This document shows positions 10,530-23,599 of a stretch of DNA of 64,000 nt, piece by piece. The position numbers were made by a program, and so were the translations under genes. Each line of letters begins with the position of its first letter. Position 1 is the stretch's first letter. Source of the stretch: Takakia lepidozioides (lineage: Eukaryota; Plantae; Bryophyta); NCBI GenBank assembly GCA_030704615.1, contig CM060731.1, positions 45,322,001 to 45,386,000 of the forward strand. The letters run 5' to 3'. Under the pieces are notes generated by a model. That model worked only from the letters and a program-made list of their open reading frames with translations, was not told where the DNA came from and ran no database searches.

Positions 10530-13500
10530 GAGGTCAGGTTTGACCTACAATAGGGATGACTGTAGACGGAGTGTCTGAGGACCTTGAGGCTAGTGAATGA
10601 GCCAGGGTGTGCCAGAAATATATACATGAGGATTCGGTTGTGTTGGGACTACCCTCCGCACTGGAGACACGACAGCTAGTGTGACTTGCCAAGGAGAGGG
10701 ATCGGATCCTACAACGAGCCAAGAGGTTCAAGGGGGAGGGGATACACCTGCTTCGAGTGTGGGAGGATGGTCGGGTGAGGATTGTTGCCTCACCCAACAC
10801 ACAGCGTGCACGGTTAGTGCGGCATGCCCATGAGGAGTTGGGGCATTTTGGAGTGCGACGCACTCATAGTTTAAGTGCCATCCAGGTCTATAAGAAGCTG
10901 ACTCCTCCCAAAAATCCAGGGTGAAGCCCATGGGGTACAACACTGCCCACACAACAAGGACATCGTACGAGACCGCGAGCGTCTTGTCACAATGGCCTTG
11001 GTTTCTCATCACTGAGCCATCTGTATGATGTTTGTTGGCTGTAGTCTGATAGCCAACTCACGCCGTGTCATGCCTCGAAGCCTGCTCCTGATCTTCCCAG
11101 AGATGTCTGTATCTGGAAAGGGCACAGCTCCATATCCGCCTCCGTGAGGCCCAAGCCTGCAATAGCAGCTCTTGCCCAGCATCAATGGTCTGAGCTCCCG
11201 AGTCCAACAAGACTCGCAGTGGCCGGTACCTCTTTGCTTGCCGGTCCACTCAAACAGAAAATGCCATCCTGTTTGTTTAACATGACAACTCTAAGTGTCA
11301 CCATGGTGAACTCAATGGCTGGCCTAGCTGGCAGCTCCATCAACCTGGCAGTCTTGACCCTCACACTCGAGGATCCCTCTGCACTACACCTCCCATTATC
11401 CTCCGCAGAAGAATGAAGTAAATAACCTCCCCACTTCTCAAGGAGGGTCGCTGTCAGCCTGAACACTCAGCTGGTCTTACCCCCGCGTTCGCAATCAGTA
11501 GCCGAGAACAATGGAGCCCTGACACAACAGCTGTGGGCCGCCGCCAGCAGCACAACTAGCTGTCGTAGCCTTGGCAACACTAGGTAGTGGTGCTGCCCGT
11601 GTAGCTCTCCCCCAATGGCATAGTAACCTCTGCCTCAGTAACAGTCGGGCGGGAACTAGGTGCCATGGACGGCGTCGACACTGTCTCCGCCAATGTGAAT
11701 GACTGAGGAAGCCTGGCCTGATGGCTTGCCTCCCCACGCTGTGGATCCAACTCCACCTCCGACCCCGTGGCTCAGGAACATCGTGCTGCTCCTCGAGTCA
11801 CTGCCGCAGCTGACTCCACTTGCACTAGTGGGTAGTCCTGCCCCGACATAGTGGTAGTGGTAATACTACTGCCCGACATTTGTGGTAGTGGTGCCTCACC
11901 CACAGTGGTAGTGGTATAGTGGCACCCCTCACAAGTGGTAGTGCTGCCCCCGCACATGAATCCCATTGCCTCCTAAGTCTCCTCCCTCCAGGAGCAGGAG
12001 GGGGGATCATCCCAGCCTTGGAGCCGGTACCACCTGAGCTGTGGCCATGGCACACGAGTTCTGCTCTAGATGCTGAAGCCGGTTGGCCATGGGCCTTGGT
12101 CACCACCACCCTGACCTCCGCGTCTTGGCCATGTTGAGCCCTGCCCTTGGCCCTGCACCTCGTGCCTGGCCACCTCGTCCTCTCTGGGCTGCTCCACCTC
12201 ACCCCCACGGCCACCATTGTTCCCTGGAACTGGCCTGGGCGCAACTCAGGGTGCAAACCATAGCACTGGGCCTCTCCATGCCCGTACCTGTCACAATGCC
12301 CACACTGCACCTTGTGCAGGCTGTGCCTGGTGTCAAAAACCATTGCCTCCCTTTGGGCAATTCATTCTTCACATGGGGTCCTCCACATGTCCGCAGCACC
12401 ACATCCACCATCCGCCCGTTGTTGGCCCCAGCAAATGAAGGGAAGAGACCCCCTGACATCTGAGGTCCTCTCTGCCCTTCCCTGGGCTTCACCTGAGCCC
12501 CCTTGCTGCCTTTGAGCATGTTGAGGTAGTGGCTGGCTAGGAGCACCACTACCCCCCGTGGTGCCTCCTTAGCAAATCCCACCATGACCACACTCTTGTT
12601 CCTCCACCATGTTGAGCTCTATCTACTCTGCCAGCAAAAACATTTGCTAAGGTGGGTTGGGGCCGTTGTAGGAGAGTTGCAATCCCGCACCCTTCTCCTC
12701 AGCTCCTTGTCTAATATCCCGTACCAGAACTGGACTGCCTGAGCCTCCGTAACCCCTTGGGTTACATACAGCCACACCGGCAGCTGCACCAGCAGCAGCA
12801 GCTTCCACGAGCAGTAGTGGGACTAGTGTACAAGCAACTACGCGGCCACCCAAGCTACTTGCTGCAACCAGCACCAGTGGCGGTGCCTGCCTTCAAACCA
12901 TGTTGTGGAGTTCTTTGAAGAGTTGAGAAAGAACTACCAAGGGGTGAGGACAAGAGAAGTTGAGGGAGCTTGCAATAGTTGTTCAACGGAAGCCTACTGA
13001 GAGCTTGAGGGAGGCTTTCATTCGCATGAGGCGCTGCCATTGTGCCTCTAGTGCCTCTAGTGATGGAGACATAGTCGGGTGACCAGTACATCCTCCACTC
13101 CTCGATCTCAACATCGTGCCCCTGCCTAAACTCATGGTAATCGTCCATGGGCGACCCCTCAAGGCGCTGAAACAGCCCCTTCCATGCCATGAAAGGCGTA
13201 AACAGTTGTGGATTAATACGCATTTGCTGCAAGTCACACACCAACTATCAAACTCTGGATAAAATCATCCAACTCAATGGTGTCAACCGCCCCAGAGTAC
13301 CTTCGTGGCCCCCTTGGGTGGCTCCATACATCTCCTCATCGTGTCCCACAACAATGACAAGGAGGAAACTATTGCACCGCCGGTGTGAGTCTTCCTGATT
13401 CACAATCCGAATCAAAACCTTCCGTAGAAGACACAGGAGATGAAGGTGGCCTAAACCGCACACCTCGTCTCGTATACCCGCTAGTATCGTAGTGCTCGTA

Positions 13501-13731
13501 CCGGCACTTTTCCCAGCCACTAGTGGCACCTCCGTGTTGACAAACTGACACTCAACCGGTCCATGGAACATGTTTCAATCCCCTCTCCACAAGGTAACCG
13601 TGTGTTAGAGAACTGATGCGGCTTAGGGTTTGGAATACAGGTTCCTAACATAGCCTGCACCTGCACCTGCAGGGAAGTAATCCCTTTTGTTAAAACGCAA
13701 CAGGGAGGCAATTCCGACTTTTCTTTGCCGG
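10530..13731 (-). mobile_element. Rearranged, decayed Ty3/Gypsy copy A (5' leader, gag, protease; inverted integrase fragment)
   Basis: High identity to the reverse complement of 29242-32374. Gag with zinc knuckle CGHCDRYGHGEAQC. Protease RVLLDSGAQ (~11190-11215). 10600-10872 reads on the plus strand as KERDRILQRAKRF...HAHEELGHFGVRRT (integrase Zn-binding region). Confidence 0.9.
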
Positions 13732-16049
13732 ATCAGCTAGCTCAAAAAACCGTTGTTCTTCAGAGCCCAGCCTCCCAATCAAGGTCCCACGAAACGAGTG
13801 ATTTTTATTTTTTTTTTTTTTTTTTTTTTTCACTCTAACTATTCGCGGCGTTTCCGTGGCTCCAAACCACCACGACTCCTCATGGCCCGCCCTATAGGCA
13901 CTCGTTGGCCACGGGCTGCCAAGTGATACCCCGTGGTACACTCCCACGAGCCTTCACGGCCCGCCATCCCACGATCTGGTTACCGTGCCCCACCCGTGTA
14001 TCCCGCACCAACGACTTCCAACGGTCACGGTCAACGGTCCACAGGTCACCCATCCATCACGACCTGGCTCGTGGTATCTCGTGATACTGCCCCAACGGCC
14101 CATCACGACCACTATTCACTTCTCCCTGCGATCCCTGGAACTCCCAACGAGTTTCCATGCGTTCCCGAGGCGTTCCCGGAGTTCCCACGCGTTCCTGAAC
14201 TGGGGTTTGCTCCTACACCTGTTGCCGCTGAGCTATGGCTTCTGCGGAGCCATCAGCCCCGTCGCCTTGCACTCTTGACTTGAGCTCTCACGGCCCACTA
14301 GAAGTGCCCCCCAACTCAACAAGCAAGCTATATGATGCCCAACAAGCTCTAATTTCTCCACGAAACCTCACAAAAGTGAATCTGAAAATACACACCTTGA
14401 TAAACTGTGGTGTACCCTGCAGTTCTACTGCACATTCCCTGGCTCTAGGACGCCTCAACTGCTGCCCTTCTCAGCCCCACTCTTGCCACTCCAAGAGCCC
14501 TCGCTGTGCTAGAGTTTCAGATTGAAACTTCCAACTTCCAACCAAGCAATACTTCACAAAGTGCAATGATTTGCACACAAGAGGGACCAGCCCCCTCTCT
14601 TCACTCATACCTCTTCATGAGCTTGGAGCTGCAGCTCCAACAGCTGCGATGCATCCCCTTGCAACTCCGCCATTAGCGCTGCTCCTCATCTACCGCTAAA
14701 CAACTCGTTTCGGGCAAGATACCTGGAGCTGATCATATCATCTCCAACCTGCAACATGCTAACTTCCCATGCGCAGCCCACATTTCAGCAGCTCCTTAAC
14801 TCGGCCTGCCAGCTGAAGAAGACGACCACCAGTATTCGCCCACCGTGGCCAACATCTCCTCCGCTTCACACTAGAAGCCCAAACTGGGTTGCATAGCGTT
14901 GAGCTATGCAACGCCACTCTTTAAAACATAGGCTACCCGCCTGTCTATCCATGACAAACCCTGCAAACCTGTTCGCCTTTGCACTCTATCCGCTTTGGAT
15001 AGGCTCAGGCACAGCTCCCTGCACTCTAGCTAAAAAACCGCTTCTCATGATCTGAAAACACAGGTGCTACAACTAATTCGAACTTGGCACTCACAGACTC
15101 GAGCTGATCTTTCTCGAGTGATAAGGAAAGGAATGATCTCAAACACACACACTCGCACATGAAAACATTACTCATATATTAAGTCGAGCCAAGTGCACCC
15201 CACGCCATGGGGAATCCACACTACGGCGCCATAGCTAGACGCAACTCGAGAAAGATGAGCCCACAGTGATCTGCCGTGAAGATAACAACGCCAGGTGCCC
15301 AAACATGTATTGGCCCTGGATTGACACTTGGGTCAATCCCAGATATCAATATATAAAAGCTAGCTGTTTCCTAGCTAACTTCACACTAGTGGTAAAATAA
15401 CTTGACACATGACAGGGCCACCTGCATAAGATGATGGTGCACACTCCATGTAGAGATAGGTTGGAGTCTACATAGGGTCATTCATTGGAGGTTCGGAGTT
15501 GCGGACAAGACATGACGTTGAGGTCACGACTGGGTGATCGTCATGCAAACTAGAGCCAACTGGTAGATCGTAATCAACATGTCGATAGATAGAATTCTTG
15601 CAACATGCGTATACACCTTGACGGTCCACGAGCCAAATTAGAACCGCCTGTGTGCTTCGATATTTGTTCCTCGAGACTATCATGAGACACGTCTTGGGCA
15701 ACATCAACCTGGGTTTCATCGCGAGGAGGATCCCTCAGCGTCATGAGGGTTCGATGGTTCTTTCCTTGAGTAAAACAATATACCCTCGTCCAGGCGTAAC
15801 ATCCTCGCTGTTAAGGATTTTTCTCGATGATGGCTGGTAGCGTTAGAAACCCTTGGTTTATGCATTGTAACCTACAAGGCCACTGCAAAGATTTTGAGTC
15901 GAGCTTCCTCCGTTTTTCATCTGCAATGTGCACGTAAGCAACGCTCCCAAATATCCTTGAGCAATTTGCTCAGATCTGGTTTCTGGCCAGAGAATCTCTC
16001 ATCTAGCATAGTTCCCTGATTGGCTCTCGTTGGTGAGAGGTTCATGAGC

Positions 16050-17410
16050 AGTTTTGGCCGGCATAATTCAACATACAAAGCTGCAATGGCTGAACCATCA
16101 GTTCCAACAACCTAGTTTTCCCACATTCCGGGACATATTACTATGTAGACTGTTGTACATAAATATATCACCTAGATTTGTGTGTTGAAGGAGAACAAAC
16201 CTCAAAAGTTTTGTAAAGCGGGAGAATCATAAACTAGATGTGGGACTAGTGCTGCTAATGGAGTACAATCCTCAACAAATGTGCCTAGGGAAAGTGATGG
16301 TTGGATTCCCTAGTATCATTAAAATGCTTTAAGAGAGAGAGGGAGGCAAGGTCCCGAGCAAGGACGGTCCAAGATAAGAAACTCTTCTCAGTATAGGCAA
16401 GAACAAGTAAACCTTGATGAATGTTGACTGCAAGTAGTGAAGTCATGTAAACTTGAATTTCCTTTTTGGCTCCATGAGTACTTAACACTGGCTGGAGTGA
16501 AGCTCTTGCGCTTACATGTATCGAGTGCTGCTTTGTTTAATCCTCTGTGAGCAGGTTCTGAGGAACCCACACAAGAACGTGGATTATGTTTCTCTGGATG
16601 GGCTCCTCAGTTGCATATTCTGCCCCACGCAGTCACTGGTGCTTTCTTGATCCATTGCACGGATGGAACTCTGTCTGGAGGGTCTTAGGGCTGGCATCCC
16701 CCTCCTTACTTGGCCAATCAGGCAGAACAAATGCTAAAAGCCAGGTCAGGATTCTATGATAACCCTTTGTGCAGTTTCTACACATATATTGAGCTCTTAA
16801 CACCAGTCTTTTGAAGGGAGACTTAGCTGCCACTGTGATAGATGTCCACCCAGTATAAGCAGTCCTGAAGAAAAGAGAGAGAAGTGGGTGTTGGAAAGCT
16901 CGCCAAGTCACAAGGTACTTGTAGATAGAAGCTATTTCAACAGGCGCTCCTCCATTTTAGTGCCGAGCACCGGTACCGTCCTGTAGTATTCTGCTTGGTA
17001 TGATGCCTGTCCCAGCATAGTCTAATCAGTAACTCAGCGGAACGGGAGGGTATTGGTGAGTGTGCCTTGCTAATCACTGTATTATGCAAATTGATAACTT
17101 GTGACCGGATGCGTATCAGTCGAATGGTCAAAGGTCAAAGCTTTCTCAAGAGTCGCTCAGTTACAGACCCACCATGTCTGTGTTGCAGAGTAGTGTTGGA
17201 TCGAGGTGGCCATACATGCGAAAGAGACCAGATGGACTGGTGGAAAAGACAGATTTTGAGAGGAATGTGAGGATGTTGAAAGGTAATAAGGTTGTCCGAC
17301 AGAAGGTGAGGGAACTCAAGATCTGTCTACAAAGGCTTTGGCAGATGTGGGGTCCTCAGAGAGGAATCTGGAAGTAAATGTCCAGCATCTTCGGACACTG
17401 ATCCCCCTCC
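16050..17410 (+). pseudogene. UDP-glycosyltransferase 3' remnant (intron 3 to last exon)
   Basis: Aligns with 20570-21850 and 45470-46780 including introns. The PSPG exon (~16555-16744: GWAPQLHIL...) and the last exon ([10 protein letters not shown]) carry frameshifts. Exons 1-3 are absent. Confidence 0.9.
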
Positions 17411-17603
17411 CTTTTGCATACTCTACACCTTACTCATCGGGAGGGCATCTGCATGGCACCTCCCATGACGTAAACAATCTGCCATTATTTTTTATCTTTC
17501 CATAACCACGTCATTACACGACCAGACGGTCTGACGGCCTGACGGTCCCCTGCCCCTCTCAGTCCGCTGATCTACCGCGGTCCTATTCACCACGGCTTCC
17601 TAC

Positions 17604-17887
17604 CAGTGTTTTTTAATCTGGCGAAAAATCGCCGGATTTCGACCTGGAAAATGGGTCAGGTACTTTTACTAAGGAATTATGTGAATAAAAATAAAAGAAA
17701 ACAGCCAGAAAGCGCCAAAAGTTAAATACCAGGAGCCAGATTTGTCCTACGTGAACCTGTTAAAATATGACACCTCAATAGCCTCTTTTGTAGCTCTCTC
17801 ACCTCGTTATTCTCGCCACATGGGCGTTGGGTAGAATCTACATGTCGCCCTGCCTGCGATTTTGGAAAAGTGAAAAAAAAAACACTG
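17604..17887. mobile_element. hAT-type MITE in the UGT copy-1 upstream region
   Basis: TIRs CAGTGTTTTTT / AAAAAACACTG. 8-bp TSD cttcctac (17596-17603) / cttcctat (17888-17895). Confidence 0.85.
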
Positions 17888-18080
17888 CTTCCTATAAAAT
17901 CGTGGTTCCTAATATCTAATACTAATGAAGCGAGTAATGGGTACACTATTCCACACGTGAGAACGTTGTCCGGCGTTGTCCGTCTGTGTAGGGGAGTGGA
18001 GGGCCGGCCGGGCAAAAAGCCCCGGAAAACCGGGACGGCACGACGTGGACACATAGCTGCTGCATGCCACATGCTAACCT

Positions 18081-18213
18081 GCCACGCGTCATATTCCTCG
18101 AGGTTTCGAGTCTGTCAAATTCTGCCACGCGTAGTATTGCCTGAAAAGCTGGGTATTTTATACCTGCGTAATATTCGTCGGGTTTGGGTACCCTGTCAAA
18201 TGTTGCCACGCGT
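18081..18213 (+). promoter_or_regulatory. Triplet of GCCACGCGT (CE3/CGCG-box-like) motifs upstream of UGT copy 1
   Basis: GCCACGCGT at 18081, 18124 and 18205, all conserved in the paralogous promoter at 43644, 43687 and 43763. Confidence 0.5.
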
Positions 18214-19029
18214 ATTTTGTTCTGAAGTGGGGACCACATTATGTCTCCCGTGACCTTTACCGTACGGTACGCTGCGGAAGGAACCGCCCCTAAAAATACG
18301 AAAGAAAAAAACCCGCGGCGCTTGTGTGGTGGAATCTTTTACGGAATAGAACGAATAAAAAGAATTCTTCTAGATGTTTTTTAATCAATTCATTTTGTCT
18401 TCGAGCTGCTATTTCACTCTTCCAAGATTCCCTTTTCTATAGTAGGAGATGCAGAGCGAAAGATCGCAGTAGATGGTCTTGTTGCATGCAGGGATAGCCA
18501 AGGATTTAGGGAAGGATTGGAGTAGCTGAGGAGGTAGGTAGGTGGGGTGAGGGGCGAAGGACAAGGTCTGAGCGTGGATGCCATCGCTGTGAAGGTTACG
18601 GAGGTTCACCGCAAGAGTACGTACGCTGGACACAGGTGCACCGCAAAAATCTGACGAAACAGAGTGTTCTTTGATCCCTCTTTGTGGAATTATGTGTACA
18701 GCCTGCCGCAACTCGGGAGCTTGATCAGTTTTCAATTGTATGTGTCTTGCTGCTTTGTACTTTGTACCTCACTGCTGGCTCATCGGCGCTGGGTTGACGT
18801 GTCGGGCCTGTCTCTCTCACCCCAGTAATCGTTCTTACAGATCAGTCTCACTTAGTGAACCCAGAGTCTGGTGCCTGGCAAAACTTCATCCCTGGTCTGC
18901 ATTGCGGGTTCCGGACATGTCTTCCTCCCCAGGACAGCTTGCGGCCGGTTCCTGTGACTGAGCATTCTCACGTCTTGCATACTAAGTAGAACCTGTAGAT
19001 CCCAAGTTTCTGTTTGACGATTAACTTCA

Positions 19030-21865
19030 ATGGTCCATGAGATGGCTCTACATTCTTCTCCCCATGTTCTCTTGCTGTCGTGTCCGGGCGCTGGACACTA
19101 TGTTCCCATCCTACAGGCTGCCAAGCAGTTAATTGCGAACGGAATCACCATTACCTACGTGGGTACAGACCAGCATGTTATTGAGGTACAGGAAGACACG
19201 GTTGGACACGAGCTCATCTCCCTGGGCATGAGGTTAGTGAAGCTTGGTGACGGGATGTCGATATCAGCGCCAGATTTCGTGCTAGCCTATAAGAACCCGA
19301 ACATGGAGGAAAAATTGACCGGACTATTGGAGGCAGTGAGGTTAGATCTGTTGACATCTGCTGCTCACCTTGATGCCCTTTGCTGCATTCTCGCGGACCT
19401 CTTTCCATCCTGGGCTCAGGACGTGGCCTACAAGTTTCGCATTCCACGGCATGTCATATATACCTGTGCAGCGCTGACTCTAGCCATGGGCTTACAAGTA
19501 ATTTTCCAACCACTTGGTGGAAACCTGGAACAGCAGTCGAGTTTCAACGTTCTGATAGCTTTGTGATCAATTTTGTTTGATACAACCTACAAGGACCAAA
19601 TCAAAACGTATCGCAACGCTCTAGTTTCTAGTTAGCATGATATTGAAATTTTCGCAGAGGTCCAAGTGCAACACATGTTGTTAGACTCACGCATACATGT
19701 CTCCCATTTGTTCATTGCTGGCAGGTCGAAAGGCTTGCTGCAGAGGGTTATATACCTGTGACCTCTCTGAACCAGTCAAAGCTCATAACATTCATTCCAG
19801 GAGTCCCATCCCAGCGCTGAAACCGACGGACCTTCCCACCCATTTTCACACAACTGGATGAGTACAAGGATGCTATGAAGATTGATAAGCGATTATTAAA
19901 CGAGGCGTTAGTGTTCTGGTCAACACTGCTGAGGAGCTGGAAGGGAACAGTCTTGGATGCCCTGAAGACCCAAGTCATCGCACAGAGAAAGTGAAGGTCT
20001 GGTTTCTGTTTCTGGTTGTTTAACTTCATGTATGTTCCATGATTAGGGCATGCACAGTGAGAACCCAATGATTTTCTTTGCGCATTATAACATCCTTTCA
20101 GCGCTTCTTTCAGCCAGAACTACTATGGCCACCATTCCATGCACTACTTAACTTCCAATCTCCATATACATTTTGCAGACAGAGGCTATCTTGGCGATTG
20201 GGTCCTTTGCAAGCAGAGTCTGAAGTTTTGAATCCTGAGGCACCCCATCATATCATACAAAAATCCTCCGAAGAGCGAGATCCATGCGTGCGATGGCTGA
20301 ACACACAAGCTCCTTCTTCAGTTCTTTTCATTTGTTTTGGAAGCTTTTCCACCATTTCAGCACCACAAATCCTGGAGCTGGCACAGGGACTGGAAGCCAG
20401 CAACCAACTTTTCTTATGGATATTACGGACGCCAAACCCTGCTTCTGCATCTCCTACATCAATACCATCATCCATCACCGAATTCCTTCCTTCAGGTCTC
20501 CTCTGCAAGCAACATTGGTGGAATTCAACATAGGAATGCTTTGCAAAGTGAAATCTCAGTTTGGTTCTGCTGGTGGAATGCAACATACAGAGCAGCCACG
20601 GCCAAACCATCAGTTCCGGTGTTTCCATACATGTACAAGGACATAATATCTGTTGTAAATATGTCAACTAGGTTACATTTGAGAAAAACAGAGTTCATGA
20701 ATACTTTACAGTGAAGGGAGATCTCGAATCATAAACTAGATGTGGGACTAGTGCTGCCAATGGATTACCAACAGAGACTTCCAGAGACCTCATCTTGAAG
20801 AGAGGGGAGGCAAGGTCCAAGATTAAAAACTCTCCACGTACAGGAAAGTATAAGCATTGAACCTTGATGAGAATGTTCAGTCACGTAAATTTGGATTTCC
20901 TGTTGTGCTCCATGAGTAATACTGGCCGTCCAGAGTGAAGCTCTTGTGCTTACCTACATGTATCACTGCTTTGTTTCCTGTGTGAGCAGGTTTTGAGGAA
21001 CGCACAAAAGAACGAGGGTTGTGTTACTCTGGATGGGCTCCTCAGTTGCGTATTCTGTTTCATGCAGCCACTGGTGCTTTCTTGACCCATTGTGGATGGA
21101 ACTCTATCCTGGAGGGTCTTAGGGCTGGCATCCCCTTCCTTACTTGGCCACTTCTGCATGACCAAATGCTAAGCGCCAGGTCAGGATTCTAGGATAACCC
21201 TTTGCAGTTTTTATGTATTGAGCTGTTGTCAACAGTCTTTTGAAGGTAGACTTAGCTGCCATTGTGATGGTTGTCCACCCAGTATGAGCAAGAAGAAAAG
21301 GAGAGAAGTGGGTGTTGGAAAGCTGGCCAGGTCACAAGGTACAGATAGAAGCTATTTCAACAGGTGTTCCTCCATTTAAGTTTGGAGCACCAGTACCTAC
21401 CCTACTGTAGTATTCTGCCTGGTTGGAACTCATTCCTGTCCAAGCGTAGTCTAATCCGTAACTCAGTGGAAGGGGAGGGTATTGGCGAGTGTGCATTGTT
21501 AGTCATTGTATTATGCATAAGTTTGCTATTGTGATCGGACTCGAACCAGTCGAGTGGTCAGAGGTCGAAGCTTTGTCAAGGGTCTCTTACTTCCAGATCC
21601 ACCACGCCTGTGTCGCAGAGTAGTACTGGATCGGAAGGTGGCTATAGAGATGCGAAAGAGACCAGATGGACTGGTGGACAGGACGGAAGTTGCGAGGAAT
21701 GTGAGGCTTTTGATGCAGGAGGATGAAGGTAAGGCTGTACGACAGAATTTGATGGAACTGAAGATCGGTCTACGAAAGGCTGTGGCAGATGGGGGGTCCT
21801 CGAAAAGAAATCTGGCAGTATATGTCCAACATCTTAGGACACTGACCCCCCTACAGCTGCAGTGA
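19030..21865 (+). pseudogene. Family-1 UDP-glycosyltransferase copy 1, 5 exons, frameshifted in exons 2-3
   Basis: Exons approximately 19030-19497, 19725-19996, 20179-20495, 20990-21179, 21619-21865. GHYVP catalytic His; PSPG box [45 protein letters not shown] 5-nt duplication (tcccatccca, ~19805) gives a premature TGA, and there are several more indels relative to copy 2. Confidence 0.85.
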
Positions 21866-22539
21866 GGGTCCGGATGTATTTGATTTATTCGTTCGAAACA
21901 CTTAATATTTGTGCCAATGGATTTGTTGTGCAAGTTTAGGAAGAAGATGTGGAATAAAATCTGCTTCCATGAAGCTGCAAGCTGGGTTTTCAATCCCACA
22001 CCCCAGAATTGTTCGCCGGTGTGGGCGGGACCAATCGCCTCCCACAAGTAGCAGACCCCTCGGGCCGTCAGTACATGTAGAAGATCCATCCTCCAACAAA
22101 GACGAGTGTTTTACTGAAAAACTTCTACATCCGCGTCTCTCAGCGTCAGCCATCTCCCGCAGTACAGGCCGATCTCGAGATGTGCTTGGAAAGTCGGAGA
22201 ATGGAAGATCCAAGAAAGGAAGTCAAATACATTGTAACTGTTGGGGGGCTGGCCTGGGCACTATGACATGGACGGGATAGACGGGATAGTGCCGGGATGC
22301 CCGCCCTGCCATGTCATCTGCGCCGGCTGCATGTGGACCGCTTTCCCGGCCACGTCATCCACGTTGGACCGCTCTGCCATACATGTATGTGGCTAAAAAA
22401 ACAGGGAAGAACAAGAGAAAATGCCATACACTATGCCATACACTTTTTTGAGGCAAATTGTGGCAATTAGTTATAAATGTTTGTCTTCTTTTCTTTTCTC
22501 TGCATCTTCAATCAAGAACTACTAGGGTAGCATGTGCAG

Positions 22540-23215
22540 TTGGTCCATGTGTTAAGAATTGAAATCTAAGACCAAGTGCAATTTCCTATGTATTCAAGTG
22601 CATCTCCTATGTCCAGGCCCATCTAAGCCCAAGTGCAATCTCTTATGTATCCAAGTGTGTCTCCAGTGTCAAGTCCCAAATGCGAGCTCCAGGGTCCTTC
22701 CAATAGTCGATTTTGTAATTTAGGTGAGTTTTTAGCGACCAAAATTGTTCATAATTCCAAAACTCTCGGCACGTGGGATCCAAATTTTGTGAAACCAAGT
22801 CGGTGCACCCCTACTCATTGAGGGATTTCCAATGGTACCAAAATCGTGGCCAGAGGCGCCGCGGTTTAAGAGATCTCAAGGACCGATCGTCATTATTTTA
22901 AGAAAAAACCCAATTTACATTTATGTCCAAGGCAACAAAAAAGACAAATGAAGGGCCAATCATTGAAAGCCCACTTTGCTATTTTTTAGGAATTTCCAGC
23001 GACCAAAAATACTTGAAATTCCATATCTCCCACGCCGTAGGTCCTAGAATTATGAGACCAAGTCGGTGCACCCCTCCTCATCGAGGGCTTTCCAATGACT
23101 TCCCAATGGTACCAAGCACCATGGCTGGGTCCGCGGTTTGGGACATCTCAACGCTACAAAACAAAACAAAACAAAACAAACAAACTACCTTGCTTCGTAT
23201 ATTGATGAATGTCGG
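22540..23215. repeat. Inserted repeat: short ccaagtgca units followed by two ~150-bp direct repeats
   Basis: agcgaccaaaa...accaagtcggtgcacccct(a/c)ctcat...ttccaatg...gcggttt...atctcaa occurs at ~22733-22880 and ~22998-23150. The segment is absent from the paralogous region behind UGT copy 2. Confidence 0.7.
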
Positions 23216-23599
23216 AAGGAGGCATAGAAGAAATGATTCTTGATCTTTCACTAGAAAATCAAATGCGAACCATACATTTCTTGTGGGATTTGTGGGTTGA
23301 GCCAAGCAATCTGAGTCACCTGGTCTCGGCTGAGCTCCGGGTGGACCAGAGATGAGGGCGTTGACATGGGTGTCAGGGCATTCAACTCATGCACTGAATT
23401 CAAACTAAAATTTCGATGCTATGTACACAGAGGTCTGGTGGGTACATCAATAATGTTTTAGGAGGAGAGGGTGGAAGTAAATGGGATGTCTAATTTGATA
23501 GAGAGATAAAAGACTCCGGCCGAAACCGGCGTAACTAAGAGCCACTTCGTCTCACGGCTACTACCCCTTCTCAAGGGTGGGTCTAATTGGTACTAGCTC

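Noticed and set aside
15220-15235. TGGCGCCG on the minus strand as a primer-binding site for copy A
   Set aside because: Not preceded by an LTR-terminal CA, and no second LTR copy could be found. LTRs of the DNMT family are not identifiable in this window.
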